This document shows, one piece after another, positions 18,998 through 27,861 of a stretch of 64,000 nt of DNA (position 1 is its first letter; each line of letters starts with the position of its first letter). A program made the translations under genes and the position numbers. This DNA comes from an uncultured Bacilli bacterium. Lineage in GTDB: Bacteria; Bacillota_I; Bacilli_A; RF39; UBA660. The stretch spans positions 92,604 to 156,603 of the forward strand of contig CAKOKD010000003.1 in NCBI GenBank assembly GCA_934090935.1. Direction: 5' to 3'. Below the pieces are notes generated by a model. The model was not told the DNA's origin. It saw nothing but the letters and a program-made list of their open reading frames with translations, and did not search any database.

Positions 18998-19025
18998 ATT
19001 TTATAATACCCCCCCCGATTGTCAA
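18998..19025 (-). promoter_or_regulatory. phase-variable-type promoter: -35 TTGACA (19020..19025), G8 tract (19009..19016), -10 TAAAAT (18998..19003); spacer 16
   Basis: The coding strand reads TTGACAatcGGGGGGGGtattaTAAAAT, then the leader with AAGGAAAG RBS and ATG at 18970. Confidence 0.6.
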
Positions 19026-19069
19026 ATTTTTCTGTTGAAAAGTTGTAAAGTTCGTGTTATATTTTATTT

Positions 19070-19151
19070 AGTGAGAAGCAAAGTTTCTTTAGGACGCGAT
19101 GCTTACCACCATTGGTGTTTGCACCTTTTTCAAAAGAAAAGGTGCTTTTTT
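19070..19151 (+). ncRNA. candidate antisense small RNA (type I antitoxin-like), promoter TTGAAA-17-TATATT at 19035..19063, intrinsic terminator 19121..19151
   Basis: Promoter, repeat motif A (GTGAGAAGCAAAGTTTCTTTAGGACGCGATGCTTACCAC), then GCACCTTTT-tcaaaag-AAAAGGTGC plus TTTTTT. No ORF. Convergent with the peptide ORF. Confidence 0.4.
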
Positions 19152-19156
19152 ATAGT

Positions 19157-19252
19157 TTATATTCCTTTTTTACAAAGTAGATATAATAATATAAAAATTA
19201 TAACGAATAAACTTACAATTAAAACATCTGTTTTAAATGATTTCTTAAACAT
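19157..19252 (-). CDS. 31-aa hydrophobic peptide (type I toxin-like): MFKKSFKTDVLIVSLFVIIFILLYLLCKKGI
   Basis: AAGGGAG RBS 9 nt before ATG. Single TM helix with charged ends. 5' UTR contains the reverse complement of motif B (19304..19339). Its 3' end overlaps the sRNA terminator. Confidence 0.4.
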   Translation of the reverse strand: MFKKSFKTDVLIVSLFVIIFILLYLLCKKGI

Positions 19253-19565
19253 TATAAATCACTCCCTTACTACAGCCTTTGCTGAAATTTACGTCCTACA
19301 TATAAGAAAGTGATAAGCATCTTTCCCTTGCTTCTCGAGTATTTATTTAAACATAATTTTTTTATATTTCAAAACTACAAAATTTTAAATTTGGAGTCTC
19401 AGATTTTTAATATCTGTAGCGATTTATATGCAAATCGTTAAAATCTGTCAAAAAAAAGCTACCAATTTTTAAGTTTAGTAGTTTTAACACTTTTTTTATA
19501 AAAAAAGAGTATTGAATAATCAATACCCTAAGCAAATTAAGTAAAATCTTAAATGCTTTAATATC

Positions 19566-19631
19566 GGAAGTATAAATTAACTATTTATCTACTTCCTGTT
19601 ATTATTATGTGCAATAATTTTAAAATATACA
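19566..19631. repeat. second copy of the conserved boundary element (GGAAGTA-loop-ACTTCC + TGTTATTATTATGTG + AAAATATACATTATTTTT) directly 3' of the mutM stop
   Basis: See 7682..7741. 21/21 identical core ACTTCCTGTTATTATTATGTG. Confidence 0.5.
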
Positions 19632-20441
19632 TTATTTTTGACAGTTTTCACAAAAATAAGTTCCACGTCCGCCTACTCTTATTTTCTTTATTTTATTTTT
19701 ACAGTTTGGACATATTTCTTTTGTATGAACTTTTAAATAATCTTGATAATGACCAGTTACTCCTAAAGATGAAGTATAGCTTCTTATTGTTGAACCTCCA
19801 AGTTCTGTTGCTTTTTCAATAATAACTTTTGAAGAAATACGTATTTTATCACATTCATCTAAAGTGATACTTGATCCACTTCTATTTGGATTTATGTTTG
19901 AGGCAAATAAAACTTCATCAACATATATGTTTCCTAAACCATTTATAATTGATTGATCTAAAAGAAGTGTCTTTATCGGTTTATTTTTATTATGAATAGA
20001 TTTGTAGATATATTCTTTTGTTAAAGAATCATTATCGGGTTCTATTCCTAATTTCTTTATTTCCTTTGAAGAATATACATCTTTAGTTTTTAAAACTCGC
20101 ATACGACCAAATTTTCTTGTATCATGATATCTTAAAGTGAATTCATCAAATATGAATATCACATGTTCATGTTTTTCTATTGGCTCTTCTGCTTTCTTTA
20201 TAAAATATTTTCCTTCCATACGTAGATGAGATATTAACGTATATTCTCCTAAATTAAATAGTAAATATTTTCCAAAGCTACTAACACTTTCAATCGTTTT
20301 TCCAATTAATATATTTTTAAATTCGTTTATATCTTGATCAATTATACGATCATATATAACATTTATATCCTTTATTTTATTTCCTGGTAGACTTTTATTT
20401 AAAGTTCTTGCTACTGTTCTTACTTCAGCGATTTCAGGCAT
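19632..20441 (-). CDS. mutM: formamidopyrimidine-DNA glycosylase (Fpg/MutM)
   Basis: N-terminal MPEIAEVRT (catalytic Pro2/Glu3). C-terminal zinc finger CPNCKNKIKKIRVGGRGTYFCENCQK. Confidence 0.9.
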   Translation of the reverse strand: MPEIAEVRTVARTLNKSLPGNKIKDINVIYDRIIDQDINEFKNILIGKTIESVSSFGKYLLFNLGEYTLISHLRMEGKYFIKKAEEPIEKHEHVIFIFDEFTLRYHDTRKFGRMRVLKTKDVYSSKEIKKLGIEPDNDSLTKEYIYKSIHNKNKPIKTLLLDQSIINGLGNIYVDEVLFASNINPNRSGSSITLDECDKIRISSKVIIEKATELGGSTIRSYTSSLGVTGHYQDYLKVHTKEICPNCKNKIKKIRVGGRGTYFCENCQK

Positions 20442-20455
20442 AACCTCACCTTTTT

Positions 20456-21277
20456 CTAATGTTTTTTTCTAACTTCATTGTAGTTAATTTCACTTAAATT
20501 TTTTAATGTAAGTGAATAACATAATTCATTAAATTTTTTTGTTGAATAAATCGGAAGTCCATGCGTAATAATTTCTTCAGGAGAAATGTTACTAGTATCT
20601 ATGTTTTCGTTAATTCTTAAATATTTGAATGTTTTTTCCATCGGTGAAACATACGAATTATCCTTTAATTCATACCCAGAAAATAAATTAGAATTGTATA
20701 AAAAAGTTATTAAATTTTTTAATTCAGTATCTTCATATATTCTTCTATTTTCTCTAAAAGCAATTACATTCGCGCTTCTTTCATAAAACATTTTATATTT
20801 CATAATCTTATAAACAATGCAGGAATATACTGGAGAAGATTCCACTTTACTAAATGCTAAATTATATACTCTACCTAATAAATCATCACATTTTCTTGCA
20901 AGTGAAAGTTGATATAAGTGAGCAGTTTCATGTAAAAGAATTGTCATTATAAATAACAGATCTATCTCTAATTTATCTACATTCGAAAAATCTTTATAGA
21001 AATTAGCAGCTAGTCTTTTAGCATGTGCTTCAATTCCACTCACACCTCCGTATATAGTATAATCAATGTCACTATTTAAAGACGTCTTTACTTTAGCAGA
21101 TGATCTTGACTTCAATACTATTTCACTTTTTACTATATCATCTAGTATATGATTTCTATTTATTATTTCAATATAATAATTAATTAAATTTTCATAATCA
21201 TGACTTTTACTAATCATTTCTTTTAAATCAGAAAGTTCTGCAATGCATTTTTCGTTTAATTCCATGACCCACCTCAA
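20456..21277 (-). CDS. hypothetical protein with HExxH (LHETAHLYQ) zinc-metallopeptidase-like motif
   Basis: 273-aa ORF between polA and mutM. Only the HExxH motif is recognisable. Confidence 0.45.
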   Translation of the reverse strand: MRWVMELNEKCIAELSDLKEMISKSHDYENLINYYIEIINRNHILDDIVKSEIVLKSRSSAKVKTSLNSDIDYTIYGGVSGIEAHAKRLAANFYKDFSNVDKLEIDLLFIMTILLHETAHLYQLSLARKCDDLLGRVYNLAFSKVESSPVYSCIVYKIMKYKMFYERSANVIAFRENRRIYEDTELKNLITFLYNSNLFSGYELKDNSYVSPMEKTFKYLRINENIDTSNISPEEIITHGLPIYSTKKFNELCYSLTLKNLSEINYNEVRKKH

Positions 21278-21314
21278 CGATTTATATATTAATATTTAAA
21301 AGTATTCTTGTCAA

Positions 21315-23873
21315 TTATTTTGTTTCATATAAATTGATTCCAAAATCAGTTGATACTTTTAGAGGTACTTTTAATGTAACTGTATGTTCCATAATATCTT
21401 TTACTATCTTTCCAACCTCTTCTTTTTCACTTTCAACAATATCAAACACAAGTTCATCGTGAATTTGTAAAATCATTTTAGATTTGATATTATGTTTTTC
21501 AAATTCATTATCAATTTCAATCATGGCTTTTTTTATTATGTCAGCACTTGATCCTTGAATTGGAGTATTTAAGGCAATACGCTCCCCAGCACTTCTTACC
21601 ATAAAATTCGAATTAAATAATTCATCAATTGCCCTTTTTCTTTTAAACATCGTTCTGACATATCCACAGTCATAGGCATCCTTAATAGTTAAATCCATAT
21701 AATTTTTTACTCCTGGATAAAGAGATAAATACATATCAATAAACTTCTTTGCTTCTTTTGGAGAAACTCCAATGTTTTCACCTAAACCAAAACCACTTAT
21801 TCCATAAACTATTCCAAAGATAACAGCTTTTGCTGTACGTCTTTCTTGTGGAGTAACTTCATTCATTGGTTTTTTGAATATGTCTGATGCAACTTTAGTA
21901 TGAATATCATCTCCATTAACGAAAGCTTTTATTAAAGCTTCACTTCCAGAAAGATGAGCTAAAATACGTAGTTCAATTTGAGAATAATCGCTTGATAAGA
22001 ATAAATCATTAACAGGAACAAAGGCTTTACGAATTAATTTACCTAAATCATCACGTGCAGGAATGTTTTGTAAGTTAGGATCAGCACTTGAAAGACGACC
22101 AGTACGTGTTAAAGTTTGTTTATAAATAGTGTGTATTTTTCCATCTTCATGAATGAATTCTTTTAAACCTTTTAAATAAGTTGAATTTATCTTTGTTAAG
22201 TTACGATATTTTATTATTTGTTCAATAATTGGATGTAAGCCAAGAAGCTTTTCCAAAGTTGCAGCATCAGTTTTATAAGCATTTGTTAATTTCTTTCCAT
22301 GTGGAAGATTTAATTTTTCAAACAAAACTTCACTTAATTGAATACGAGAAGCTATATTAAACTCACAGCCAGAAAGTTCATATATAACTTTACTAACTTC
22401 TTCGATTTCACCTTCAATAGCTTGTTGCATTTCATTTAAAACGTTAATGTCACACTTTATTCCTTCAATTTCCATCTTAGCTAATACTTTTGATAGAGGA
22501 AGTTCAATATCAGTATAAAGTTCATACATATCCTCAGATTTGATATCTATAATATTTTTGTCATGAGTATCATAAATATATTTAGCTTTCTCAGCAACAA
22601 TGCTTTTTATATCCATTTTATTTTTTATAATATCATGTATTAGAGGTATAGAAGCAGAATCATTATTCATAAGAACAGCAACATCATCTTTAACAACCTT
22701 ATTTAAAAGATAAGCAATTAAATTTAAATCATAGATAACGTTTAAATCAAATCTATTTAAAAGCACATAAGCCTTCTTAACATCAAATGTATATTTCTTT
22801 ACATCTTTTGTATAATCAAATACTTGATCAATATCTTTTGCTTCTACAAAGAAAGCATTTGTTCCATCAAAAAGTCCCATTCCTAATATATTTGCCATAT
22901 GATAGTTTTCATTGTCACATTCAATATAGAAACTTATCTCTTTTGATCTGTCTATTTCATAAACACTTTCTAACTTTTTAAACTCAAATTCATGAGTACT
23001 CTCTTTTACTTCATGAGAAGTCATAAGTGAATAAAATTCTAAATCACGATAAAAATCATTTAAAGTATTTTTTGGACCAGTGTATCTCATATCTTCAAAA
23101 GAAAAGGGAATCGGAACTTCACGATATATAGTTGCAAGTTTCTTTGAAAAGTATGCAGAATCTTTTCCGTTTTCAAGTTTTTCTTTTAACTTTCCTTTTA
23201 TAGAATCAATATTTTCATAAACACCATCTAAAGAACCATAATCTTGTAAAAGTTTTAAAGCTGTTTTTTCGCCTATTCCAGCAACTCCTGGAATATTATC
23301 ACTTGAATCTCCCATAAGAGCTTTTAAATCTATTACTTTAATTGGTTCAATTCCATACTCTTCTTTAAAGTTCGTTGGATTATATCTCGTAAAATCTTTT
23401 GATTTTAAAAGTTTTACTTCTACAACATTAGAAATAAGTTGTAAATAATCATGGTCACTTGTTATAACTGTTGCATCCCATTCAGGATCTTCATCAGCTC
23501 TTTTAGCGAGAGTTCCAATTATATCATCAGCTTCATAATCCTCTATACCAATATTTTTTATTCCCATATGATCTAACATCACACGAGCAAGTGGCATTTG
23601 GCTTTTTAATTCTTCTGGCGTTTTAGCACGTCCTGCTTTATAATCTGCATATTCCCTGTGTCTAAAAGTTTTACCGATATCAAAAGCAACCAACATATAA
23701 TCCGGATTTTCTTCTTTGATTATTTTATTAATCATTGTTGCAAATCCATATAAAGCATTTGTTACTACTCCCTTAGAATTTTTCATCAAATTTCCTGTAT
23801 AAGCAGTTGCATAATAACTTCTAAACATTAAGTTATTTCCATCAATTAAGACTATTTTTTTCACGTTTATCAC
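21315..23873 (-). CDS. polA: DNA polymerase I
   Basis: 5'-3' exonuclease N-terminal domain. Polymerase motifs DYSQIELR (motif A), RRTAKAVIFGIVYG (motif B), QIHDELVF (motif C). 852 aa. Confidence 0.95.
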   Translation of the reverse strand: MINVKKIVLIDGNNLMFRSYYATAYTGNLMKNSKGVVTNALYGFATMINKIIKEENPDYMLVAFDIGKTFRHREYADYKAGRAKTPEELKSQMPLARVMLDHMGIKNIGIEDYEADDIIGTLAKRADEDPEWDATVITSDHDYLQLISNVVEVKLLKSKDFTRYNPTNFKEEYGIEPIKVIDLKALMGDSSDNIPGVAGIGEKTALKLLQDYGSLDGVYENIDSIKGKLKEKLENGKDSAYFSKKLATIYREVPIPFSFEDMRYTGPKNTLNDFYRDLEFYSLMTSHEVKESTHEFEFKKLESVYEIDRSKEISFYIECDNENYHMANILGMGLFDGTNAFFVEAKDIDQVFDYTKDVKKYTFDVKKAYVLLNRFDLNVIYDLNLIAYLLNKVVKDDVAVLMNNDSASIPLIHDIIKNKMDIKSIVAEKAKYIYDTHDKNIIDIKSEDMYELYTDIELPLSKVLAKMEIEGIKCDINVLNEMQQAIEGEIEEVSKVIYELSGCEFNIASRIQLSEVLFEKLNLPHGKKLTNAYKTDAATLEKLLGLHPIIEQIIKYRNLTKINSTYLKGLKEFIHEDGKIHTIYKQTLTRTGRLSSADPNLQNIPARDDLGKLIRKAFVPVNDLFLSSDYSQIELRILAHLSGSEALIKAFVNGDDIHTKVASDIFKKPMNEVTPQERRTAKAVIFGIVYGISGFGLGENIGVSPKEAKKFIDMYLSLYPGVKNYMDLTIKDAYDCGYVRTMFKRKRAIDELFNSNFMVRSAGERIALNTPIQGSSADIIKKAMIEIDNEFEKHNIKSKMILQIHDELVFDIVESEKEEVGKIVKDIMEHTVTLKVPLKVSTDFGINLYETK

Positions 23874-23904
23874 CTAAAAAAATTATACCACAAATTGGGT
23901 ATAA

Positions 23905-24672
23905 TTACTCTTTAATTAAATCAATTAAATCAACTATCTCTAAATTGTTATATTTCAATTTACTTAAATATACTTTAAATTCATTTAATGTAAGATTATT
24001 ATCAATCTTAATAATTGATCCTCCTTTAGTATTATTTACATAAGAAGAAATATTAGAACTTTTTAATTCTATTGTTGGTTTTATTATAAATGATTTTGTA
24101 CTTATACAAGCTGAATGATTGGATACATCAACAACACATATATTTTTATTTAAACTATTTTTCTTTAAAAAACGACGAATATCATTAAAATCATCTTCAT
24201 TAGAAGCACCGTTTATATATGTGATTTCTTTCTTATTTATTTCATCTTGTTCTTTTACTATTTTAGAAAACTTTATTTTTTCAGTTAATAAATATTCTTC
24301 AATAGTTTTATTATCAACTACTAAAGCAACATCCGTTTCACTTACATTTCCAATTATTACTTTATCTAAATGATCCATTACAGAAATTTCAGGTTTTATG
24401 TAATCATAGACAAAGAAAGTTTCATTAAACGATCCAAAATCATTCATTTTTAAATAACTTTCACGTTTATTTAATTCTCTTCCCCTTTTTCCAGTTATTA
24501 TTGTATTATCTTCAATAATGGCATTAACGGGACTTTCATATAAGGAATCTTCATACATCTTTATTTCTTTCATAAGAGGGCTTAAATTTTCAACATAAAG
24601 TATTAGTCTATCCGATGCATAAAAGGATAGAACACATAAAGCTATTACAAGAGCATATTTAACATATTTCAT
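23905..24672 (-). CDS. hypothetical secreted or membrane-anchored protein
   Basis: N-terminal signal or anchor MKYVKYALVIALCVLSFYA. No family assigned. Confidence 0.4.
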   Translation of the reverse strand: MKYVKYALVIALCVLSFYASDRLILYVENLSPLMKEIKMYEDSLYESPVNAIIEDNTIITGKRGRELNKRESYLKMNDFGSFNETFFVYDYIKPEISVMDHLDKVIIGNVSETDVALVVDNKTIEEYLLTEKIKFSKIVKEQDEINKKEITYINGASNEDDFNDIRRFLKKNSLNKNICVVDVSNHSACISTKSFIIKPTIELKSSNISSYVNNTKGGSIIKIDNNLTLNEFKVYLSKLKYNNLEIVDLIDLIKE

Positions 24673-24749
24673 ATTTTCACCTATTTAATATATATGATAA
24701 ATGCTCATTTAAATAACTAAATTATCAGCAAAGTTAAAACTAAAATATA

Positions 24750-24772
24750 CAAAAAAAATCACATAAGTGATT
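24750..24772 (-). terminator. rho-independent terminator of paralog 24786..26153 (AATCACTTATGTGATT + U8); direct repeat of the whiA terminator
   Basis: Hairpin plus TTTTTTTT on the minus strand. 22/23 identical to 26341..26362. Confidence 0.55.
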
Positions 24773-24785
24773 CTTTATTATTTTA

Positions 24786-26153
24786 TTATTTTATTAATGT
24801 TATACGTGCATATCCATTTCCTTGTTTAGAACAGTTTTCGGTTGGTGTTTCGCTTGTGCATGTAGTTGATATGGTTTTTGTTGACTCTTCACTAGATTCA
24901 GTACAGTTGTAACAATACATCGATTTTTCGGATAAAAGTGAATTTCCTATGTATCCTGAACCTCCGCCAGCGGTATATCCAGCAACAGTTCCACCATAGA
25001 AACCTCCACCGCCTCCAGCCCAGGCCAAAGTGCCTCCACCGCCTTGACCAAATGTTCCAAAATTAGGATTATTTTTATTTGAAGACTCATTCACTGAATT
25101 ATATATTCTTTTGCCTCCATTTGTTTGGGTTCCTCCAAATCCTTGATAGGGTTTGCCTGAAGATGCTGCTATATAAGATCCCGAGTTTCCTCCAATATAA
25201 CCACCACCGGATCCAGAAACTATTTTATAATTATGGTCGTTATTACCACCACCGGCTCCTCCTCCAGAAACAATTAATACATCATCAATGTTATTATTAA
25301 AAGCATATAGTAAACCAGATTCTAATGCTATGTGTGTCGCACCACCTCCACTTGCATTATATGAATTAGTAGCCGAATTAAATGATGCAGATCCTCCTCC
25401 ATTATAGCCGCCTTCTTTGTTTACCCAAGTTAATTCTCCAAGGCCTTGTCCTCCAATATTAATATAAAACTTATTATTCTTTTCTAAATAAATTATTCCT
25501 TGAGAATACCCTCCATATCCACCAGAAATATTTACAGTTTTTCCACCTTCTGCTCCCCAAGTTTCAAGCTTATATGTTCCATTTACTGGAACTTCAAATG
25601 TTTGTTCATCTCCAGTATAATCAAATGTCCATTCTGTTGGTCCATCGTAACTAACACCTAATTCTGTTCTTTCTACGGCATTAAATTCTAATGAACATGT
25701 ATATTCTTCAGTTGTTTCTTCTATTGATTGTTTATCTAAGGTAACAGTTAATGTTCCATTTAATGTTTCGTTTGCTTTTACAACTGTTGCATTTCCTTCT
25801 AATTCATTTTTGATACTTGTATATTTTGCTGTTGTTCCGTCCTTTGGTACACATATAACACGCACTTCTGCATCATAGTTTGCTGAATTGTTTGTTACTT
25901 CATATGTTAGTACTGATGTATCATTTAGTTTTTTTAGGTCTTTACTTTTAAATGTTATTGTCTTCTTTGTATCATCTGTTACTTCATCATATACATCTAT
26001 TCCATCTAATGTTGCTGCTGTAAATATTACTGAATAATCATCTGTATTTTCATTTACTTTTGCATTTCCATTTATTATCAATGTTGTACTTACTGCTGCA
26101 AATCCAATTGACATCAATATTATTGCTACTACTAACATGCTCTTCTTTTTCAT
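24786..26153 (-). CDS. variable secreted protein paralog: conserved N-module + ALK/LTK-like glycine-rich (poly-Gly) domain + Cys-containing C-terminal tail
   Basis: N-module MKKKSMLVVAIILMSIGFAAVSTT... Then PTEWTFDYTGDEQTFEVPVNGTYKLETWGAEGG...GGYGGYSQG...GGGATHIALESGLL...LIVSGGGAGGG... Tail YCYNCTESSEESTKTISTTCTSETPTENCSKQGNGYARITLIK. Confidence 0.8.
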   Translation of the reverse strand: MKKKSMLVVAIILMSIGFAAVSTTLIINGNAKVNENTDDYSVIFTAATLDGIDVYDEVTDDTKKTITFKSKDLKKLNDTSVLTYEVTNNSANYDAEVRVICVPKDGTTAKYTSIKNELEGNATVVKANETLNGTLTVTLDKQSIEETTEEYTCSLEFNAVERTELGVSYDGPTEWTFDYTGDEQTFEVPVNGTYKLETWGAEGGKTVNISGGYGGYSQGIIYLEKNNKFYINIGGQGLGELTWVNKEGGYNGGGSASFNSATNSYNASGGGATHIALESGLLYAFNNNIDDVLIVSGGGAGGGNNDHNYKIVSGSGGGYIGGNSGSYIAASSGKPYQGFGGTQTNGGKRIYNSVNESSNKNNPNFGTFGQGGGGTLAWAGGGGGFYGGTVAGYTAGGGSGYIGNSLLSEKSMYCYNCTESSEESTKTISTTCTSETPTENCSKQGNGYARITLIK

Positions 26154-26180
26154 ATTCTACCTACTTTCCTTTACTTTTTT

Positions 26181-26208
26181 ATTTTATAATACCCCCCCCG
26201 ATTTTCAA
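26181..26208 (-). promoter_or_regulatory. phase-variable-type promoter: -35 TTGAAA (26203..26208), G8 (26192..26199), -10 TAAAAT (26181..26186); spacer 16
   Basis: Same element as the other copies. Followed upstream by an about 130-bp block shared with 31835..31960. Confidence 0.6.
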
Positions 26209-26340
26209 GGGCATTATCTTGTTTTACATTACTTTTGTCGTCTTTTTTATTTTGTTCTCCTATTGTTTCTTATATTATACAACATTTTTATTGTGCTTTG
26301 TATATTCATTTTTATTATGTGTAAAATATTTGTTTTAAAT

Positions 26341-26362
26341 AAAAAAAATCACAAAAGTGATT
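26341..26362 (-). terminator. rho-independent terminator of whiA (AATCACTTTTGTGATT + U8)
   Basis: Hairpin plus TTTTTTTT immediately after the whiA stop at 26365. Confidence 0.55.
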
Positions 26363-26364
26363 AT

Positions 26365-27276
26365 TTAAACATTATCCTTATTTTTATTTTTTTCAACTAA
26401 TTCTTTTATCTTTCTAAAATGATGATTAATTCCTGATTTGGTTATATTTATATCAGTTTCTAAAGAAATTATTTCAGCTAATTCACTCATTGTTGTTTCT
26501 GGATATTTAATTCTATAAGAAATGATTAATTTTGTTTTATCATCCAATAAAGATTCTAAATCATTTTCTTTTAAATAATTAATATTCTCAAGTTGTTCAT
26601 TGCAGGTTTTCATCGATTTTTCAACATTTGCTTGCTCACAGTTATTAAGTCTATTAACCATATTTTTATGATCTCTATAGATTCTTATATCCTCAAAATA
26701 GAACAAAGCATTTATCGCACCAATCAATTTTATGAAGTCGCTTATCTCCTCTGCTTGTTTTAAATAAACCATATATCCTTTTTCTCTTTTTAAAATTTTA
26801 CTAGAAAATCTAAAATGTTTAAGCAATTTGTCTATTGTCTTTGAATTCTTTTCATCACCAATTAAAAATTCAAGATGATATTTACTTTTAGCTGGATCGT
26901 TTATGGAACCTACTGCTAAAAAAGTTCCTTTAAGATATGATGCTTGTTCTTCATCAGTTAAATCATTTATTGATCTATATACACTTTCAATATCATTTTT
27001 TATAATATTAACCTTCTCAACAACATTCAAATAATATATTTTTTTGTTAAAAAACTTTTTTTGAGTACGCACGGTAAGATTGATATTTACTCCATAAATT
27101 CTTTTTAGTAAATTAAATATTCTTCTTGCTACGCTTGGATTTTCTGTTTTTACAGTTAAAATGTTATCCATTGCATCATTATATTTTAAAAATGCACATA
27201 GTTCACTTATAGACTCAAGTTTATTTGTTTCTATTTTAGTTATCTCATCTTTTATTTGAGTTGTAAATGATGCCAT
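26365..27276 (-). CDS. whiA: DNA-binding cell-division/sporulation regulator WhiA
   Basis: MASFTTQIKDEITKIE...LCAFLKYN (LAGLIDADG-like N-terminal domain). C-terminal HTH (MSELAEIISLETDINITKSGINHHFRKIKEL). Confidence 0.85.
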   Translation of the reverse strand: MASFTTQIKDEITKIETNKLESISELCAFLKYNDAMDNILTVKTENPSVARRIFNLLKRIYGVNINLTVRTQKKFFNKKIYYLNVVEKVNIIKNDIESVYRSINDLTDEEQASYLKGTFLAVGSINDPAKSKYHLEFLIGDEKNSKTIDKLLKHFRFSSKILKREKGYMVYLKQAEEISDFIKLIGAINALFYFEDIRIYRDHKNMVNRLNNCEQANVEKSMKTCNEQLENINYLKENDLESLLDDKTKLIISYRIKYPETTMSELAEIISLETDINITKSGINHHFRKIKELVEKNKNKDNV

Positions 27277-27291
27277 ATATATTTTCCTCTC

Positions 27292-27810
27292 TTAAGCTTT
27301 TATAAAATTCATGTTTAAAGTAAAACTATATATATATCCTTCAATATCAGAAGGATTTTTATTTTCTATTTTCAATTTTATTCTTTTTTGGCTTTGTTTA
27401 CTTATTATATCACCAATCTCTACCTTTTTTCCATCTTCCCATTCAATAACATAATCAATATTTTCACATAAATCTAAATCATCAGTTTTTTTATTTTTAG
27501 AATACATAAATTGATTTAGTTTAACATCAAATGTTCCATCATTTGCTACATCTATTGTATATTCATAGATATCTTCATTTTTTAAAGGAATTTCAAAGGA
27601 AATTGTTGTTTTACTTGTTTTGAAATCCAATCCTTGAACTGAGGCCGTATTATCTTTTAAGTTTATTGGATTTTCAAAATGTACATCATATTTTTCACTT
27701 TTAACAGTAGTTTTTTCTTTAAAATTATAGATATATACTCCATATCCAATAGATAATATGATTATCATAACTCCTAAAAATATAATTATTTTATTTAAAC
27801 CACTTTTCAT
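27292..27810 (-). CDS. hypothetical membrane-anchored protein
   Basis: N-terminal TM IIIFLGVMIIILSIGYGVYIY. 172 aa. Confidence 0.4.
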   Translation of the reverse strand: MKSGLNKIIIFLGVMIIILSIGYGVYIYNFKEKTTVKSEKYDVHFENPINLKDNTASVQGLDFKTSKTTISFEIPLKNEDIYEYTIDVANDGTFDVKLNQFMYSKNKKTDDLDLCENIDYVIEWEDGKKVEIGDIISKQSQKRIKLKIENKNPSDIEGYIYSFTLNMNFIKA

Positions 27811-27861
27811 AATTCACCTACTATTAACATAAATATGGAAATGCATATGCATTTCCATTAT

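Noticed and set aside
19035-19313. 92-aa plus-strand ORF, and the 184-aa ORF at 31516..32070, spanning the sRNA/toxin modules
   Set aside because: They cross a mapped promoter, a strong terminator and the opposite-strand peptide gene. They have Cys/Phe/Leu-rich low-complexity translations typical of AT-rich noise.
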